From: a bacterium
GTDB taxonomy: Bacteria; UBA8248
Assembly: GCA_965200245.1 (NCBI GenBank)
Contig: CBDATS010000004.1
Span: 896,001 to 960,000 of the forward strand
Length of the DNA stretch: 64,000 nucleotides
Reading direction: 5' to 3'
In this document: piece after piece, positions 52,839 to 63,065 of the stretch
Layout: every line of letters starts with the position of its first letter
Numbering within the stretch: the stretch's first letter is position 1
Translations under genes and position numbers: made by a program
The notes under the pieces: generated by a model
What the model saw: only the letters and a program-made list of their open reading frames with translations
Database searches by the model: none
What the model was told of the DNA's origin: nothing

Positions 52839-53822
52839 ATGCACATCGACGCTCATTGCCACATATATCCCGATGAATACTTTGAAATCCTCGACAGGGA
52901 GGGACCGCGCTACGGCGTCCACCTCACCACAAACGCCGAGGGCAAGCGCATCGTGGACATCAAGGGGATGCTACACCCGCCCATCGAGCCTTTCACCAAC
53001 GTGTACCTGAGGCTCAAGACCATGGACGAGATGAATCTGGACATGAACATTCTTTCGTTCTCATCGAACCCGGGCGTCTACTGGGCGGACGACGGGCTGG
53101 CCGATGAACTCTGCAAGGCGGCGAACGACGCCTACGCCGCCATCATCGAGAAACACCCCACGAAATTTCATGGCCTAGCATCACTTCCCGCGCAGAACGC
53201 AGACCTCTCGGCCAAAGAACTCGAACGATCCGTCAACAAGCTGGGACTCAAGGGGGGATTTCTGAGCACGAACGTGAACGGCCGATACCTGGACGACGAG
53301 AGTTTCTACCCCATCTACGAGGCAGCCGCGGGCATGAACGTGCCCATCATCGTTCATCCGGCCAACCCGGCGGGCGCTGCGCAGATGAAAGAATACCACC
53401 TGTTCAACCTCGTCGGATTTCCGACGGAGAGCGCGAACAGCATCGGCCGACTGATATTCTCCGGCATTTTCGACAGAATGCCGGAACTCACCTTCATCTT
53501 CCTGCACGGCGGCGGCACAGCGCCTTATCTGGTCGGGCGCTTCGCCCACGGCTGGAAGGTTCGTCCCGAATGCAGGAAGATATCGCGTGCACCCATCGAG
53601 TATCTGCGCTCCAATTTCTATCTCGACATGCTGGTGTTTCATCCACCCGTCGTGCGATTTCTGGTGGACGTCATGGGAGGAGACAGGGTCGTTCTCGGAA
53701 CGGATTTGCCCTACGACATGACGGACACGGATGCGGTCGAAACGCTCCGGCAGTCGGGACTGAGTCAGGAAGAATACGAAAACGTATCGCACAGGAATAT
53801 CCAGCGCCTGCTGGACCTCTAG
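52839..53822 (+). CDS. Amidohydrolase_2 family (ACMSD-like decarboxylase)
   Basis: IDAHCH, IVHP, HGGGTAPYL.GR, LGTDLPYDM. Confidence 0.88.
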   Translation: MHIDAHCHIYPDEYFEILDREGPRYGVHLTTNAEGKRIVDIKGMLHPPIEPFTNVYLRLKTMDEMNLDMNILSFSSNPGVYWADDGLADELCKAANDAYAAIIEKHPTKFHGLASLPAQNADLSAKELERSVNKLGLKGGFLSTNVNGRYLDDESFYPIYEAAAGMNVPIIVHPANPAGAAQMKEYHLFNLVGFPTESANSIGRLIFSGIFDRMPELTFIFLHGGGTAPYLVGRFAHGWKVRPECRKISRAPIEYLRSNFYLDMLVFHPPVVRFLVDVMGGDRVVLGTDLPYDMTDTDAVETLRQSGLSQEEYENVSHRNIQRLLDL

Positions 53823-53840
53823 CCGGATTCACCCAAGCCG

Positions 53841-54584
53841 ATGTGGCCATCCTGGGAAATCACGCTTCTCGTCTTCGCAGCAGCCTTCCTTGAAGGAGCC
53901 GCAGGAATAGACTTCGGTCTCCTGGCGACACCTGCGCTGGGCGCCCTCATTGGTGTGCGGGATGCCGTGCTCACACTCTCCTTGCCGAACCTTATCCTGA
54001 TGGCAATTCGCGCAATCGGAGGTGGCGTTCCCACCCCTTCCATCAAACGCCTCATGCCTTTCCTGGGCGCGGGCGCGGCGGGCGCGGCCGTGGGCGCACT
54101 GACTCTAATCTCAAACCCGCCCATCTTCCTCAAATGGTCGGTGGGCATCCTCGTGCTGTTGTTTGCCTCCTACAGCATTTCGCGCATCAGGTTCCAGCTC
54201 GACATGCGCGACGAGACCTTCTTCACCTACCTGGCCGGATTCTTCGCTGGCGGGCTGAGCAGTTTTTCATACGCCGGCAATCCCATCAGCATCATATACC
54301 TGCACAGCACGGGCGCGGGCCGTGCCCGGATGATGCGGCTCGCCTACACCGGTGCGCTGGTGTTCGCGAGCGTTCAAATAACCATCCTGAGCAGTTCGGG
54401 CGCGATGGGGGCCCTCGAGTCAGCGCGTTCGGCCGTATCGATCCTGCCCGCCGTCGCGGGATTTCTGCTGGGAAGATTGCTGCGCGGGCGCATTCCGCCT
54501 GCACTGGGCTTCACGGCAGGTCTTTTCCTTATGATAGCCGCAGCACTCGCTCTCCTGGTTTTCGGGCCTTCCGGGTGGAAGTGA
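53841..54584 (+). CDS. Sulfite exporter TauE/SafE (TSUP) family
   Basis: EGAAGIDFGLLATP, multiple TM segments, AGFFAG. Confidence 0.75.
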   Translation: MWPSWEITLLVFAAAFLEGAAGIDFGLLATPALGALIGVRDAVLTLSLPNLILMAIRAIGGGVPTPSIKRLMPFLGAGAAGAAVGALTLISNPPIFLKWSVGILVLLFASYSISRIRFQLDMRDETFFTYLAGFFAGGLSSFSYAGNPISIIYLHSTGAGRARMMRLAYTGALVFASVQITILSSSGAMGALESARSAVSILPAVAGFLLGRLLRGRIPPALGFTAGLFLMIAAALALLVFGPSGWK

Positions 54585-54650
54585 GGAACAGAACCCGTAA
54601 CGTCCGCACGCACCGGAGAATCTCCCGAACACTCAACTGCAGGGATATCC

Positions 54651-55613
54651 CTACACAACGCTGGCGCGCAGCAGGTGGTGCAGGTGCAGTACGCCCGCGA
54701 GGCGTCCATCTGCCCTGACGGTGACCGCCAGAGAGGTGATGGTGTTCGATTCCATCACCTGAAGCGCTGCAGCGGCCATTTCGTCTTCGTCGATGGTCTT
54801 GGGAGCAGGCGTCATCAGGTCACTCGCAGTCAGCGAGGGCATGTAAATCGTTTGCTCCAGCGCGCGTCTCAAGTCCCCGTCCGTGATGATGCCCAGAAGC
54901 TCCTGGCCGGAACCCGTCACGCAAGTCATTCCCAGTCTCTTCGCGCTCATCTCGCGTACGACCCGCGTCAGCGAAGCCGCCTCGTCGACGCGCGGAACGT
55001 CGACGCCCGTCACCATCAGGTCTTTCACGCGAATGAGCTTCTTCCCCAGAGAGCCACCCGGGTGGAAGCGCGCGAAATCTTCGGGCTGAAACCCCCTCGC
55101 CTCCAGAACGGCCATCGCGAGCGCATCACCCATCGCCAGGGCGGCAGTGCTGCTCGCAGTGGGTGCGAGTTGAATCGGGCAGGCTTCCTCTTTCACGGAA
55201 ACATTCAACACGGCCTGCGCTGCGCGCCAGAGCGTGGAATTTTCCTCTCCGGTGATGGCGATGAGCGGCGTTCCCAGACGGGCGAAGACGGGCAGGATGC
55301 GCACCACCTCGTCCGTCTCGCCACTGTAGGAAAGGGCAACGACGACATCGTCTTTCGTCACCATCCCCAGATCGCCGTGAACGCCCTCGGCGGGATGCAG
55401 AAAATAGGACGGCGTGCCCGTGCTCGCAAGAGTGGCAGAAATCTTCTGGCCGATCAGTCCACTCTTGCCCATGCCGGTGACCGCGACCTTGCCCCTGCAC
55501 TCCAGGACGATATCGACCGCCTTGATGAACTCTCCATCCAGCCGCTCAATGAGTCCTGTGAGCGCCTCGGCCTCGATACGAAGCGTCCGTACACCCCGTT
55601 CCACGGGATTCAT
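54651..55613 (-). CDS. kdsD: Arabinose-5-phosphate isomerase (KpsF/GutQ)
   Basis: TGMGKSG, HPAEGVHGDLG, APTASS, HPGGSLG, CBS pair. Confidence 0.95.
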   Translation of the reverse strand: MNPVERGVRTLRIEAEALTGLIERLDGEFIKAVDIVLECRGKVAVTGMGKSGLIGQKISATLASTGTPSYFLHPAEGVHGDLGMVTKDDVVVALSYSGETDEVVRILPVFARLGTPLIAITGEENSTLWRAAQAVLNVSVKEEACPIQLAPTASSTAALAMGDALAMAVLEARGFQPEDFARFHPGGSLGKKLIRVKDLMVTGVDVPRVDEAASLTRVVREMSAKRLGMTCVTGSGQELLGIITDGDLRRALEQTIYMPSLTASDLMTPAPKTIDEDEMAAAALQVMESNTITSLAVTVRADGRLAGVLHLHHLLRASVV

Positions 55614-55862
55614 GGAAGTAACCGTTTTCCGAGAGTCCAGAACCCATCCTCCCCAAAATCGTCTGGCGGAAAAATATCACCCCGTCGCCGAGGTGTCCAC
55701 GCGGGATTTCCCAAGCCAGGGCCCGGCAGGCATGGCCGGCCAAGTCTTTACTACCATCGTTCCCCGTGCTAGAAGTTATAGCCAATACGCATCATCAAGA
55801 CGAATGCCCTTTGGGTGAAGGGAGACAATACCCACCGCAGTGGATTCACAGGAGTACCCGCC

Positions 55863-56612
55863 ATGTCCGGTCATTCCAAATGGAGCACAATCAAGCGGAA
55901 AAAAGGCGCACTCGACGCCAAGCGCGGCAAGATTTTCACGAAACTCATCAAGGAAATCACCATTGCGGCCCGGCTCGGTGGTGGAGACCCCGACGGGAAC
56001 CCTCGCCTGCGCACGGCGATTCAGACGGCGAAAGGGGCGAACATGCCCCAGGACAACATCGCGCGCGCCATCGCCAAGGGAACGGGCGAACTCGAAGGCA
56101 TAAATTACGAAGAATGCACCTATGAGGGCTATGGCCCCAGCGGGGTAGCGATTCTCATCTCGGTTCTCACCGACAACCGAAACCGCACCGGCGCGGAAAT
56201 CCGCCACATCCTGACGAAGAACAGCGGCTCCCTGTCAGAACCGAACGCCGTGGCGTGGAATTTCGAGAAAAAGGGCCTGTTTCTCGTCTCCCGGGAGAAC
56301 GCGGACGAGGAAACGCTCATGGAACTCACGCTGGAGGCCGGAGCGGAGGATTTCGAGTCCACCGACGATTTCTTCGAGATCCACACTTCGCCAGATGAAT
56401 TCGAGTCCGTGCGCGAAGCGCTCGAGAACAGCGGGATATCGACGGAATCGGCCGAACTCGCCATGCTGCCCAAATCGACGGTGAAGCTCGACGGCAAGGA
56501 GGCGGATCAGATGCTTCGCCTCATGGAAGCGCTTGAGGACAACGACGACATTCAGAACGTATACGCGAACTTCGACATTTCCGAAGAACAAATGGCGGAA
56601 GCATCCGCATAA
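55863..56612 (+). CDS. yebC: YebC/PmpR family protein
   Basis: [37 protein letters not shown]. Confidence 0.97.
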   Translation: MSGHSKWSTIKRKKGALDAKRGKIFTKLIKEITIAARLGGGDPDGNPRLRTAIQTAKGANMPQDNIARAIAKGTGELEGINYEECTYEGYGPSGVAILISVLTDNRNRTGAEIRHILTKNSGSLSEPNAVAWNFEKKGLFLVSRENADEETLMELTLEAGAEDFESTDDFFEIHTSPDEFESVREALENSGISTESAELAMLPKSTVKLDGKEADQMLRLMEALEDNDDIQNVYANFDISEEQMAEASA

Positions 56613-56643
56613 TCGAACAGTCCACCACCCGTGGGGTTTTCCC

Positions 56644-57177
56644 TTGCAGCAATCCACAGGCACATTCCGCGTTCTGGGCGTAGACCCCGGTCTCGGTGTA
56701 ACGGGCTACGCCGTCCTGCGCCTCGATAAGGGCGAGTATGAACCGAGCCTGGTAGAAGGCGGAATACTCAAAAACGATTCCGGTGCACCCATTGAAAAGC
56801 GCCTCTACGAGTTGCACAAGGATCTCTCCTGCATCATCGAGACGAACGGGCCCCACGTAATGGCGGTGGAGAACCTCTACAGCCACTACAAGCACCCACG
56901 CACCTCGATCATCATGGGACACGCGCGGGGCGTGATCTTCCTCGCGGCCTCCCAGGCGGACGTTCCTGTGGTCAGCTACGCGGCCACAGAGATCAAGAAA
57001 TCGCTTGTCGGTGCCGGGCGTGCCACGAAGGCGCAAGTGCAGTCCATCGTCCAGCAACGCATGCGACTGCACGACTTGCCCGAACCCGCCGACCTGGCCG
57101 ACGCCATCGCCGTCGCGTATTGCCACATCGACCGCAGCCACCTGAGGCGAGAGCAGGCGATCGGGAGCGGGACATGA
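56644..57177 (+). CDS. ruvC: Holliday junction resolvase
   Basis: VLGVDPGL, AVE, GHARGV, KKSLVGAGRATKAQV, DLADAIAVA; start uncertain (TTG). Confidence 0.93.
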   Translation: MQQSTGTFRVLGVDPGLGVTGYAVLRLDKGEYEPSLVEGGILKNDSGAPIEKRLYELHKDLSCIIETNGPHVMAVENLYSHYKHPRTSIIMGHARGVIFLAASQADVPVVSYAATEIKKSLVGAGRATKAQVQSIVQQRMRLHDLPEPADLADAIAVAYCHIDRSHLRREQAIGSGT

Positions 57178-57815
57178 TCCGGCAGATATCGGGAGAGATC
57201 ATCGACGTCGAGGCCGAATGCGCCATCCTGAAGACGCCAACCGGAGTCGCCTACGAAATCCAGGTGGGTGGATACGCGGTGCATGAACTGCAGGCCCTCA
57301 TGAGTGCGCGCGAGGAGGTGGAACTGCACACACACCACTATCTCGAGGGAAACGTGGCCACCGGCCAACTGCTGCCCCGACTGGTCGGGTTCCTCTCGGC
57401 GGAAGAAAGAACGTTTTTCCTCTCTTTCATCAAAGTGCCCGGCATCAGCCCCAAAAGCGGGGTGCGGGCGATGAGCCTGCCCCCTCTCCAGATCGCGGAG
57501 GCCATCGCGACGGCAAACACCGCCCTGCTCATCAAACTGCCCGGCATCGGCAGGAAAAAGGCCGAACAGGTGATCTCCATGCTCAGAGAGGAGATCGCGG
57601 AGCTCCAACTCATGGGAGACGTCGCTCCCCCACCGGCGGAGCATCAATACGCTGCCTCCCTGTACGGTGACGCCATGGCCGTGCTGGTGGGACAATTGGG
57701 CTATCGAACACCCGAGGCGGAAAACCTCGTGGAACGCGCAGTCGCTGCACTCGGCGCGGAAGCGAAGACCGAAGCCATCCTCCAGGAAGTGTTCCGGCTG
57801 GGCCGGCAGGGATAA
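57174..57815 (+). CDS. ruvA: Holliday junction branch migration protein
   Basis: MIRQISG, GVAYEI, KVPGISPK, KLPGIGRKKAE, LGY. Confidence 0.92.
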   Translation: MIRQISGEIIDVEAECAILKTPTGVAYEIQVGGYAVHELQALMSAREEVELHTHHYLEGNVATGQLLPRLVGFLSAEERTFFLSFIKVPGISPKSGVRAMSLPPLQIAEAIATANTALLIKLPGIGRKKAEQVISMLREEIAELQLMGDVAPPPAEHQYAASLYGDAMAVLVGQLGYRTPEAENLVERAVAALGAEAKTEAILQEVFRLGRQG

Positions 57816-57819
57816 AACC

Positions 57820-58887
57820 ATGGTCATCGAACGGCGTGTGAGCGCGAAGGCAGCGAGTCAGGCGGAGGAGCGAACCTTCACTTCGCTCAGACCCGCGAGA
57901 CTCGAGGAATATGTGGGCCAGACCGACCTCGTGGCCAAGCTCCGGATTGCGCTCGAGGCCTCGCGCAGGAGAGACGAACCCCTGGGCCACATTCTCTTCC
58001 ACGGCCCGCCGGGCCTGGGGAAAACCACGCTTTCGCACATCATCTCCGAGGAGATGGGAACGCGCCTCGTGAAAACATCCGGACCCTCTCTCTCGAAACC
58101 TGCGGATCTAATGGGAATCCTCACGGGCCTCACGCAGGGCGATGTGCTCTTCATCGACGAGATCCACCGGATGCCCAGCGCGGTGGAGGAATTCCTCTAC
58201 CCCGCGATGGAAGATTACCGCGTGGATTTCGTCGTCGACAGCGGCCCCATGGCCCGCACCATCAATTTCCCGCTCAAGATATTCACGACCGTCGGCGCCA
58301 CGACGCGTCCCGGCGCCCTGACCGCCGCCCTGAGAGAACGCTTCTATCTCGTCTACCACGTGGATTTCTACTCCGAAGACGAACTCGCGCAGATCCTGCT
58401 CAGAAGTGCGGTGCGCCTCGAAACCCCGATCGAAGAAGAGGCGGCGCGTGAACTCGCCCGGAGAAGCCGGGGCACGCCCCGGACGGCAAACCGGCTCCTC
58501 CTCTGGACGCGCGATTTCTGTCAAGCGCGCGGCGACGGCGCCATCAGCCTCTCCAAAGCGCGCGAGGCGCTCGCCATGGAGGGCGTGGACGAATTGGGTC
58601 TCGACGCGCTGGACAGAAAATACCTGAGGACAATCATTGACCAGTACGGCGGCGGCCCGGTGGGTGTGGAGGCCATCGCCGCCACCATGAACGAGGAGGC
58701 GGACACCCTCGTGGACATGGTGGAACCCTTTCTGCTGCGGGCGGGTTTCGTGCAGCGAACGCGCGGCGGCAGGCGCACGCCCCCGGCAGCGTATTCACAC
58801 CTGGGCGTCACGCTGCCCACAGGGACCCAGCGAGAACTCTGGACCAACGCCGCAAGGGATGAAGAAGAAACCGATACGTCTTCCTGA
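57820..58887 (+). CDS. ruvB: Holliday junction helicase
   Basis: LRP..L.EYVGQ, GPPGLGKTTL, FIDEIHR, SRGTPR, GGPVG. Confidence 0.97.
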   Translation: MVIERRVSAKAASQAEERTFTSLRPARLEEYVGQTDLVAKLRIALEASRRRDEPLGHILFHGPPGLGKTTLSHIISEEMGTRLVKTSGPSLSKPADLMGILTGLTQGDVLFIDEIHRMPSAVEEFLYPAMEDYRVDFVVDSGPMARTINFPLKIFTTVGATTRPGALTAALRERFYLVYHVDFYSEDELAQILLRSAVRLETPIEEEAARELARRSRGTPRTANRLLLWTRDFCQARGDGAISLSKAREALAMEGVDELGLDALDRKYLRTIIDQYGGGPVGVEAIAATMNEEADTLVDMVEPFLLRAGFVQRTRGGRRTPPAAYSHLGVTLPTGTQRELWTNAARDEEETDTSS

Positions 58888-58902
58888 GAGGAAAGAACGC
58901 GA

Positions 58903-59127
58903 ATGGAGCCTTTCGGCGGCTTCGGAAAAACGCTGATCCTGCTCGGCGCGGCCCTGATGGTCCTGGGCGTGGTATTCCTGCTAGCGCCCAAGATTCCGTT
59001 TCTGGGCAAACTGCCCGGCGACATTCACCTGCGCGGAAAGAACTGGAGCTTTTCCTTCCCGGTGGTTACCTGCATCGTCATCAGCATCGTGCTGACGCTG
59101 CTCCTGAACCTCTTTTCGAGAAGATGA
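58903..59127 (+). CDS. DUF2905 small membrane protein
   Basis: GKLPGDI..FSFPVVTCIVISIVLTLL; usual position after ruvB. Confidence 0.88.
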   Translation: MEPFGGFGKTLILLGAALMVLGVVFLLAPKIPFLGKLPGDIHLRGKNWSFSFPVVTCIVISIVLTLLLNLFSRR

Positions 59128-59158
59128 ATCGAGCGAGGATTCAACACCCCTGTGTGCG

Positions 59159-59923
59159 CTACTTCCAGCCCCCGCCACCGTTCACGTACACCGTATCCGC
59201 TGTCATGAACGCGCACGCGTCCGAACACATGAACAACACCAACTCCCCTATCTCCCCGGGGGTCCCGAAACGGCCCATCGGTATCTGACTCCTCATCGAC
59301 TCCCTGAGTTCCGGCGAGGAGACGTCATGAAACGGCGTGTCAACAGGACCCGGCGATATGGACATGCACCGGATGCCCCTGTCCGCATATTCGCGCCCCA
59401 CGCCCATGCTCATCGTCACCACCGCGCCCTTCGCTGCCGCGTAGTGCACCGAGTGCCCCGGCCCTCCACGCTTATGCGCCATGCTTCCGATGTTGACGAT
59501 GACACCCCCGCCGTTTTCCAGCATTTCCGGAATCACGGCCTGCATGCAGTAGAAAACACCCTTGACGTTCAAGTCGAACGTCCGTTCCCACAGGTCGTCG
59601 TCGATGCCCAGAAAATCCGAACGCTTCAGTGCAGCGCCGGCGGAGTTGAGCGAAAAATCGACCCGGCCGAACCGTTCCCCGGCGCGCCTCGTCATCTCGA
59701 AGGCCTCTTCGCGCGAAGTGACGTCCACCTTCATGTGAACGCCCCGGCCCCCGTTTTCCGTAACGAGTTCCGCGACTTCGGCGGCACCCTCCCCGTCCAG
59801 GTCCGCGCAAAAGACGTTGGCCCCTTCACGCCCGAAAATGAGCGAAGTTTCCCTGCCGATGCCACTGGCCGCGCCGGTGACGATGATGGTTTTTCCTGCG
59901 AAATAATCGGGTGTTCTCGGCAT
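59159..59923 (-). CDS. Short-chain dehydrogenase/reductase
   Basis: VTGAASGIG, NSAG, YAAAK, SPGPVDT, IPMGRFG. Confidence 0.93.
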   Translation of the reverse strand: MPRTPDYFAGKTIIVTGAASGIGRETSLIFGREGANVFCADLDGEGAAEVAELVTENGGRGVHMKVDVTSREEAFEMTRRAGERFGRVDFSLNSAGAALKRSDFLGIDDDLWERTFDLNVKGVFYCMQAVIPEMLENGGGVIVNIGSMAHKRGGPGHSVHYAAAKGAVVTMSMGVGREYADRGIRCMSISPGPVDTPFHDVSSPELRESMRSQIPMGRFGTPGEIGELVLFMCSDACAFMTADTVYVNGGGGWK

Positions 59924-59963
59924 CAAATGACTCCTGTAGCTGAGGGGGGCAACCCTCCCTGGT

Positions 59964-60965
59964 TCATGTGCTCGCGTCGACCATGACGATTCGCTGCATC
60001 TCGTATTCCTCATCCGGCACGAGTCCGGGAACCGGCTTGCCCGCCAGGAAACACAGGACGTTTTCCGTGGCGTCGAGTTCCATCTGCAGGCGCGAGGAGC
60101 GCGCCCGCGCACCAAGATGCGCAGTGAGAATGCAGTTGGGCGCTTCCACAAGAACGCCCCGGTAAGGTTCTTCAGAGAAAACGTCTATGCCTGCCCCGCC
60201 CAGATGGCCAGAGCGCAGGGCACGTGCAAGGGCCTCATCGTCCACGACGACTCCGCGTGCCGTGTTAATGAGAAAAGATCCCTTTTTCATCATCGCGATC
60301 TCGTCTTCCCCCACCATGTGAATCGTCCTCGGCGTAGCAGGGACGTGAAGAGAGACGGCGTCGGCACGCCGGTAAATTTCCTCTTTCCCGGCCCATTCCA
60401 CGCCGTAGCGCCTGCCGAATTCCACATCGGGCCTGAGATCGTTCGCGATGATTTTCGCCCCGAAGCCCGATACGTGACGGATCACCCGCCTGCCGATGCG
60501 GCCCACGCCAATGACGCCCAAGGTAATCTCATCGAGCGTGCGGCCCATGTACTGATGCCACTCGCCGCGCAGGAGCGCGTTGTGCGAGTGATGTACGCCG
60601 CGCAGCAGCGACAGCAGATGGCCCAGCGTCAGTTCCGCCACGGCTTCCGAGTTGGCCCCGGGAGTGTTCGCCACGAGAATGTTCCGCTCACGCGCGGCGT
60701 TCAGATCCACCGTTTCGAGACCCACTGTCGCGCGCGATATGAACCGGAGAGGTTTCGCCAGATCCAGTATTCTCGGCGTGAAGGGTTCGAGGCCCGCGAT
60801 GACAGCGTCGAAGCCGGCGCGAATCATTTCTGCGAATTCATCCTCGTTCGGGCGTTTGCCCAGCGTACTGAGAACGTACTCCACGCCTGCACTTTCGAGC
60901 ATCTCGATGGGCTTGGGATCAATCTCACCGAAAGGCGTGGTGGAGACGAGTATGCGGGGAGTCAT
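59964..60965 (-). CDS. D-2-hydroxyacid dehydrogenase (phosphoglycerate dehydrogenase-like, no ACT domain)
   Basis: NTPGANSEAVAE, GVGRIG, INTARG, DVFSEEP, TAHLG. Confidence 0.9.
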   Translation of the reverse strand: MTPRILVSTTPFGEIDPKPIEMLESAGVEYVLSTLGKRPNEDEFAEMIRAGFDAVIAGLEPFTPRILDLAKPLRFISRATVGLETVDLNAARERNILVANTPGANSEAVAELTLGHLLSLLRGVHHSHNALLRGEWHQYMGRTLDEITLGVIGVGRIGRRVIRHVSGFGAKIIANDLRPDVEFGRRYGVEWAGKEEIYRRADAVSLHVPATPRTIHMVGEDEIAMMKKGSFLINTARGVVVDDEALARALRSGHLGGAGIDVFSEEPYRGVLVEAPNCILTAHLGARARSSRLQMELDATENVLCFLAGKPVPGLVPDEEYEMQRIVMVDAST

Positions 60966-61330
60966 GGACAATCTCCCGATAATCTTGGGATTACGAGTCA
61001 AAACCTGTTTCGCGACAGGTGCGCGAACCGTCACAATGGGTTAAGGTATGAAAAACCAAGCGAGATTACATGCCTCGAAGAAGCGATGTCAAACTCGGAG
61101 AGGTATCTGATATGATGGCTGCCTGTCATGGTGGAATCGTGCGCCTCATGGCATGCGGTGCGCCCGCCTTCCCGTATCGGTCCGGAGGGTGGCATGTCCA
61201 GGAACGTCGACAGATGGAGATTGCGATGAGTTGAACACGAGATGCGTCAGCATGTACTCCCGCTCGACTCGTAAATCAAATTGCCTGATGTTGGGGTGGG
61301 CGTTGTTCACCTCGATGAACAGGAGGAAAG

Positions 61331-62554
61331 GTGATGGATCACACTACCGCGGCGAGTGAGTCATACGAAACGTTCATGGATCTGAGATACGACAGGGAAA
61401 TCATCGACAAGATCAAGGCCCTCGCGCCGCCAATGGCCGAGATGGCGGCCGAGATCGACCGTGAGGGCCGCTTCCCCACCGAGAATTACAGGCTGCTCGT
61501 CGACGCGGGCCTGAACGCCCTGTGCATCCCCAGGGAATGGGGTGGTTCGGGCGCGAACTCCCTCACCTACAACATGGCGCTCGCCGAACTGGGCAAGGTG
61601 TGCGCCTCCACCGCCCTCACATGGAACATGCACCAGACCTGCGTGAGCCTTTTCTTCGCCCTGGCGAACGAGGAGCAGAAAAAGCGCGTGCTCCCTGACA
61701 TCGTGGAGAACGGCAAGCTGTTTTCCTCCGTCACGGCGGAACGCGGCATGAGTTTCCGTCATCTGGTAACGCTCAAGACCATCTTCTCCCCTGTCGAGGG
61801 CGGCTACCGGCTGAGTGGCAGGAAGATTTCCGCCTCGATAGGCGAACACGCCGACTATTACTTCACCACCGGGTTTCTGGAGGGCAAGAAGACCGCCGCC
61901 GAGGCCATCATGACCGCCGTGCTGCACAAGGATTACGCAGGCTCCTCGGTCGAGGTGGTGTGGGACACCATGTCGATGCGGGGTACGGCGAGCGACGACA
62001 TCATTTTCGACAACACCTTCGTGCCGGACGAGGACATCCTAGGTGGCGAGAACTTCATCGGCGCGCTGGGAAAAATCGATATCACCATGTTCCACCTCGG
62101 CTTCTCCGCCGCCTATCTGGGCATCGCGGAAGGCGCCTTCCATCATCTGGTGGAGTACGTGCGGACGACGCAATACCCGCCCAATCCTGAACCGCTGAGC
62201 CACAACGAGTTGTACCAGAGCAACATCGGTGAACTGAGTTCGGAACTCAGGGCCGCACGGATGCTGCTCTACGAGGCGTGTCACGTGAAAGAACAGGGAG
62301 ACGGCATGGCGAACCAGAACACGGTGAAGACCGTCATGCAGTCGAAGTACGTCTCGTGCGAGGCCTGCGCCAAGGTGGTGCAACACGCGATGCGGCTCGT
62401 GGGGGGACGCTCGATCGCGCGACGCTATCCATTCGAGCGGTTCTACAGGGAAGGCATTACCGGCGTGGTGATGCCACCTGCGAACTCACGCTGCATCGAG
62501 GTGGCCGGCTGCATCGAACTGGGACTTACGGGCATGATCCTGCAATACGGCTAG
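61331..62554 (+). CDS. Acyl-CoA dehydrogenase-fold flavoprotein
   Basis: IDREGRFP, CASTALTWNMH, WDTMSMRGTASDD, FERFYRE. Confidence 0.88.
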   Translation: MMDHTTAASESYETFMDLRYDREIIDKIKALAPPMAEMAAEIDREGRFPTENYRLLVDAGLNALCIPREWGGSGANSLTYNMALAELGKVCASTALTWNMHQTCVSLFFALANEEQKKRVLPDIVENGKLFSSVTAERGMSFRHLVTLKTIFSPVEGGYRLSGRKISASIGEHADYYFTTGFLEGKKTAAEAIMTAVLHKDYAGSSVEVVWDTMSMRGTASDDIIFDNTFVPDEDILGGENFIGALGKIDITMFHLGFSAAYLGIAEGAFHHLVEYVRTTQYPPNPEPLSHNELYQSNIGELSSELRAARMLLYEACHVKEQGDGMANQNTVKTVMQSKYVSCEACAKVVQHAMRLVGGRSIARRYPFERFYREGITGVVMPPANSRCIEVAGCIELGLTGMILQYG

Positions 62555-62601
62555 AATGAACCATCGCCGGAAACGGTTCCACCGGTCGTGAATCATCCGT
62601 C

Positions 62602-62946
62602 TCATTCCAGCAACGATATGGGACGGCGGCCGGCGAACCCCGCATCGTAGCTGTGAAAATGCTCGATGTCCTCCTCGCCGAGTTTCCAGCAGTAGTAATA
62701 GCCGTCTCCCGAATCGAAATCCGCAAGCCACAAACCCTTGACTTCCACTCCCAGGTCTCGTACGGCCTTCATCCATTCGCCGACCGCGTCGTTCATGAGT
62801 CCCTCGATGCGCCTGATATCGCCGGATTCATCGACGCTTTCCAGTTCTTCGCGCAATTCCTCTACGACATCGTGATAATGCCGTGTCACTTCCCTGACCT
62901 GCGGCAGAAGTTCCCGCGCTTCCTGCAGCGTAAAGATAGGCATCAC
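62602..62946 (-). CDS. DUF2203 family protein
   Basis: FTLQEARELLP, GVEVKGLWLADF, YCWKLGE.DI.HFH..GFAGRRPI. Confidence 0.88.
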   Translation of the reverse strand: MMPIFTLQEARELLPQVREVTRHYHDVVEELREELESVDESGDIRRIEGLMNDAVGEWMKAVRDLGVEVKGLWLADFDSGDGYYYCWKLGEEDIEHFHSYDAGFAGRRPISLLE

Positions 62947-63065
62947 AGTTCCCTGTTGTAATACTGCCGGGGTTCAGCAGCTCCCTTCGGAGGCGTTACA
63001 GCCACAGAAAAACCAAGGGGGCACGGGCCGCTTTCATGAGACGATCCCCCCTTGAGCGGTTTTTT

